Assembly: GCA_020631045.1 (NCBI GenBank)
Contig: JAHDHZ010000007.1
Span: 1 to 62,913, forward strand
Origin: Flavobacteriales bacterium
GTDB taxonomy: Bacteria > Bacteroidota > Bacteroidia > Flavobacteriales_G > JALEGO01
Direction: 5' to 3'
DNA: 62,913 nucleotides
Made by a program: the position numbers and the translations under genes. Under the pieces are notes generated by a model. The model made no database searches, had not been told where the DNA came from, and worked only from the letters and a program-made list of their open reading frames with translations. The number at the start of each line of letters is the position of its first letter. The stretch's first letter is position 1. Of the stretch, positions 60,321-62,913 are shown in pieces.

Positions 60321-62913
60321 ATGAATTTGCACAGATTTGTTATTGGAATATTCTTTTTGGCCTGTTCTTTCTATAGTCAGGCACAAGAAACCTACAAAAA
60401 CAATGCTAAAAAGCTTGAAGCTGCTCAAGAAGCTTTTTACGAGGGTTACTATACCAAAGCATATCATTTGTATACTGAGCTTCAAAAAGATCTTCCTGAA
60501 GATTCAAACTATTTCAAATTTGAGCGTGCAGTCTGTTTGATTAACATGGATCACGAAGAGCGCAAATCACTTTCTCTTCTATTAGAATCTAAACAGGAAT
60601 TTTCTGAATCAGATTACAAGGCAGCATATTTTTATTATTTGGGCGAATCGTTTCACTTAAATGAACAATTTGATAGCGCTACGCACTATTTAAACAAATC
60701 TCTAGAAAGTGGTCATTTAGAAAAAACTCAAATTGATCGTATCAATCAAAAACTTGCCCAAGTCGATTATGCTAAAGGTGCCTATGCCAACGGTAAAAAT
60801 TATGAAGTTTTTGATGTACAAGATGAAGTGAATGGAAAATATAAAGATTATAGCCCTTTGATTTCAACTGATGAATCTATTTTAATTTTCACTTCAAAAA
60901 GGCCTGGTATAAACACAGAGCTCGATGAAGACGGTGAACACTTTGAAGATATTTACATTTCAAGAAGAAATGCCTTAGGTTTCTGGGAAAATCCTGTTTC
61001 TATAAGTGACAATATCAATACGAAAGACCATGAAGCAAGTGTGGGGATTTCACCTGACGGAAACCAAATTATTATATATAAAGGTAACGAGCAATCTGGT
61101 GCATTTTATACCAGCTCACTTGACGGATCTGACTGGTCAAAACCTGAATTGTTGGATGACGGAAAAACCATCAATCAGAAAAAATATTGGGAGACCAGCG
61201 CAACAATGAGTCTTGATAAAAAGACTATTTATTTTACTAGTGACCGAAAAGGTGGCAAGGGTGGATTAGATATTTACTATTCAACAAGAGCTGATGAGCA
61301 AAGCAGTTGGACTGAGCCTAAAAACTTAAGTACCCAAGTGAATACTCAATATGACGAAGAATCTCCTTTTATTCATCCTGACGGAAAAACACTTTTCTAC
61401 AGCTCACAAGGAGGAGAAAACATGGGTGGATTTGATGTTTTCAAGACTGTTTTACAAGATGATGGATCATGGTCTGCTCCAGTGAATTTAGGCTATCCAA
61501 TCAACACAGTACACAACGAAGTGCACTTTACACTCACTGCAAATGGCCGCAAAGCTTACTTCAGCTCTTCTAGACTAAACACTAAAGGAGAAGAAGATAT
61601 TTACAAGGTAATTTTAGATGAAGACGTTGAACCTCTTGTATTGATTAAAGGTCTTGTTAAAGCTAATGATCAGCCCTTAAATAATGTTGAGATTAAAATT
61701 ATTGACAAAAGAACGGGCAAAAGTGTTGGAATCATCCACAAACCAAATCCAGCGTCAGGAAAATACATGATTATCATGCCTCCAGGAAACAATTACACTA
61801 TGATAGTTTCTGGAGAAGGATTTGACAGCTATCAAGTAGATTTAAATGTTCCTAATCAAGAAGAATTTCATGAAGTCTATCAAGAGATTGATTTAAAAAA
61901 ATCAGAAAGCGACTCTTTGCTTTATGAAGAGATTACTGTCTATAATTCTTTTGATGACCTTAGAGACAAGTCGTTTACCCCTGAGTTAGAGCACCCAAAT
62001 ACTACCTATGTCAATGAGCTTATTCATGACATTATGGAAAACAAAGATAATCCTGAAGTATTACAAAAAAAGATCAACCAAATTGATGTCATTACCAATC
62101 AGGTAACCAATGATTTTAATAGGGTAATTGAAGAAGAAGCACATACCGAAGAAATTCATGTTTCTTCTCTTGACACATTAGAGCAAATCGTAGTAAATAA
62201 TGACACAATCAACGTAGTACCTTCAAGTTTCTCTACACCAATTCCTAAGGGCAGAGACTTATTTGCAGACAAAAGCTCTGATTTTGACGGCGATGGAATC
62301 TCTGATTTTTCTGAAATGAATGGGAGCAAAAAAAGTGATATGTATGATCCATGTGATCCTGATCCCAACTGTGCTGCATGCATGAGAGTTATTGCATTCA
62401 ATGACACCAACTCTTACGGAGATGTTGAGCAGGCTTTGATTAAAAAATCGAATGAACAAACCCTTTACAGCAATCTTTCTAGTGATGACACAGACAAGGA
62501 TGGCATCGCAGACTATTTTGAAATTAATGGTTCTGAGAAAAGCAACTTACTAAACCCTTGTAGCCCAGATGCAAGTTCAAAAGCATGCATCCAATACAAG
62601 AACGATTTAGCCTCAAACAATGCTTCAGATTTTGATAAAGACGGCATTACTGATTATGATGAGTTAAATTCAACCACTAAATCAGATCCTAGTGATCCTT
62701 GCGACCCAAATGTAAATTCTAGGGCATGTAAAATTTATAAAGATGCATTAGCAAAAACAGATTATACTTCTGATTTCGATCAAGATATGTTTCCTAATTA
62801 TTTTGAGTTGAACGGTAGCCAAAAAAGCAATGAGCTTGACCCATGTGACCCTGACCCTAACTGTAAAGCGTGTATAGACAGTAAAAAAGATTTAGTGGTT
62901 GAGACTATTAAAG
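60321..62913 (+). CDS. TPR + PD40 + carboxypeptidase-regulatory-like protein with acidic/Cys repeats (partial, runs off window; absent from ORF track)
   Basis: Hand translation from ATG 60321 is open for 864 codons: MNLHRFVIGIFFLACSFYSQAQ..IYFTSDRKGGKGGLDIY..PFIHPDGKTLFYSS..NLGYPINT..SDFDGDG. Confidence 0.9.
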   Translation, partial: MNLHRFVIGIFFLACSFYSQAQETYKNNAKKLEAAQEAFYEGYYTKAYHLYTELQKDLPEDSNYFKFERAVCLINMDHEERKSLSLLLESKQEFSESDYKAAYFYYLGESFHLNEQFDSATHYLNKSLESGHLEKTQIDRINQKLAQVDYAKGAYANGKNYEVFDVQDEVNGKYKDYSPLISTDESILIFTSKRPGINTELDEDGEHFEDIYISRRNALGFWENPVSISDNINTKDHEASVGISPDGNQIIIYKGNEQSGAFYTSSLDGSDWSKPELLDDGKTINQKKYWETSATMSLDKKTIYFTSDRKGGKGGLDIYYSTRADEQSSWTEPKNLSTQVNTQYDEESPFIHPDGKTLFYSSQGGENMGGFDVFKTVLQDDGSWSAPVNLGYPINTVHNEVHFTLTANGRKAYFSSSRLNTKGEEDIYKVILDEDVEPLVLIKGLVKANDQPLNNVEIKIIDKRTGKSVGIIHKPNPASGKYMIIMPPGNNYTMIVSGEGFDSYQVDLNVPNQEEFHEVYQEIDLKKSESDSLLYEEITVYNSFDDLRDKSFTPELEHPNTTYVNELIHDIMENKDNPEVLQKKINQIDVITNQVTNDFNRVIEEEAHTEEIHVSSLDTLEQIVVNNDTINVVPSSFSTPIPKGRDLFADKSSDFDGDGISDFSEMNGSKKSDMYDPCDPDPNCAACMRVIAFNDTNSYGDVEQALIKKSNEQTLYSNLSSDDTDKDGIADYFEINGSEKSNLLNPCSPDASSKACIQYKNDLASNNASDFDKDGITDYDELNSTTKSDPSDPCDPNVNSRACKIYKDALAKTDYTSDFDQDMFPNYFELNGSQKSNELDPCDPDPNCKACIDSKKDLVVETIK
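62277..62873 (+). repeat. Four 35-aa DxDxDG/Cys repeats (TSP3-like)
   Basis: SDFDGDGISDFSEMNGSKKSDMYDPCDPDPNCAAC and three similar copies. Confidence 0.85.

Noticed and set aside
2106-62459. Many 60-140 aa ORFs nested in or antisense to long genes (e.g. 27281-27625, 42233-42649, 60276-60540, 62156-62459)
   Set aside because: Shadow ORFs of well-supported genes with no recognisable motifs
1-62913. CRISPR arrays, tRNA/rRNA/tmRNA, integrases, transposases, defence systems
   Set aside because: No such repeats or motifs seen; spacers are too short, and there is no ssrA beside smpB

Overview
AT-rich, very gene-dense chromosomal window from a Bacteroidota bacterium, most likely a free-living marine or aquatic Flavobacteriales-type organism. 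This rests on TAnnTTTG promoters, T9SS cargo and plug genes, Bacteroidota gene orders (rpsP-rimM-tRNA m6A37 methylase; DUF4271-hemD-rnpA-yidD-S41) and a Na+-NQR operon. Most of it is core genome: nqrABCDEF-apbE-smpB, rlmD, rsmE, hflX, uvrB, pyrD, fabH, fsa, FNR/ferredoxins, coaD and pyc. Envelope and secreted proteins are interspersed: three type-B T9SS adhesin-like proteins, an M14 carboxypeptidase, two TPR/PD40 PorE-like proteins (the last runs off the window and is missing from the ORF track), a TonB-dependent receptor, and GH92 with a sugar MFS transporter. I found no tRNA, rRNA, CRISPR, prophage or IS element. Best leads: an orphan SiaB/SiaC kinase-substrate pair coupled to rlmD; a peptidoglycan-binding protein with a symmetric 4+4 array of 23-aa repeats (possible periplasmic beta-hairpin strut); an unannotated HExxH gluzincin; a four-His membrane protein coupled to T9SS adhesin genes; an acidic/Cys repeat array in the terminal ORF; and repeated promoter placement suggesting leaderless mRNAs. 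All family calls are from motif recognition by eye, not database searches. Several start codons were moved from the ORF-track positions.
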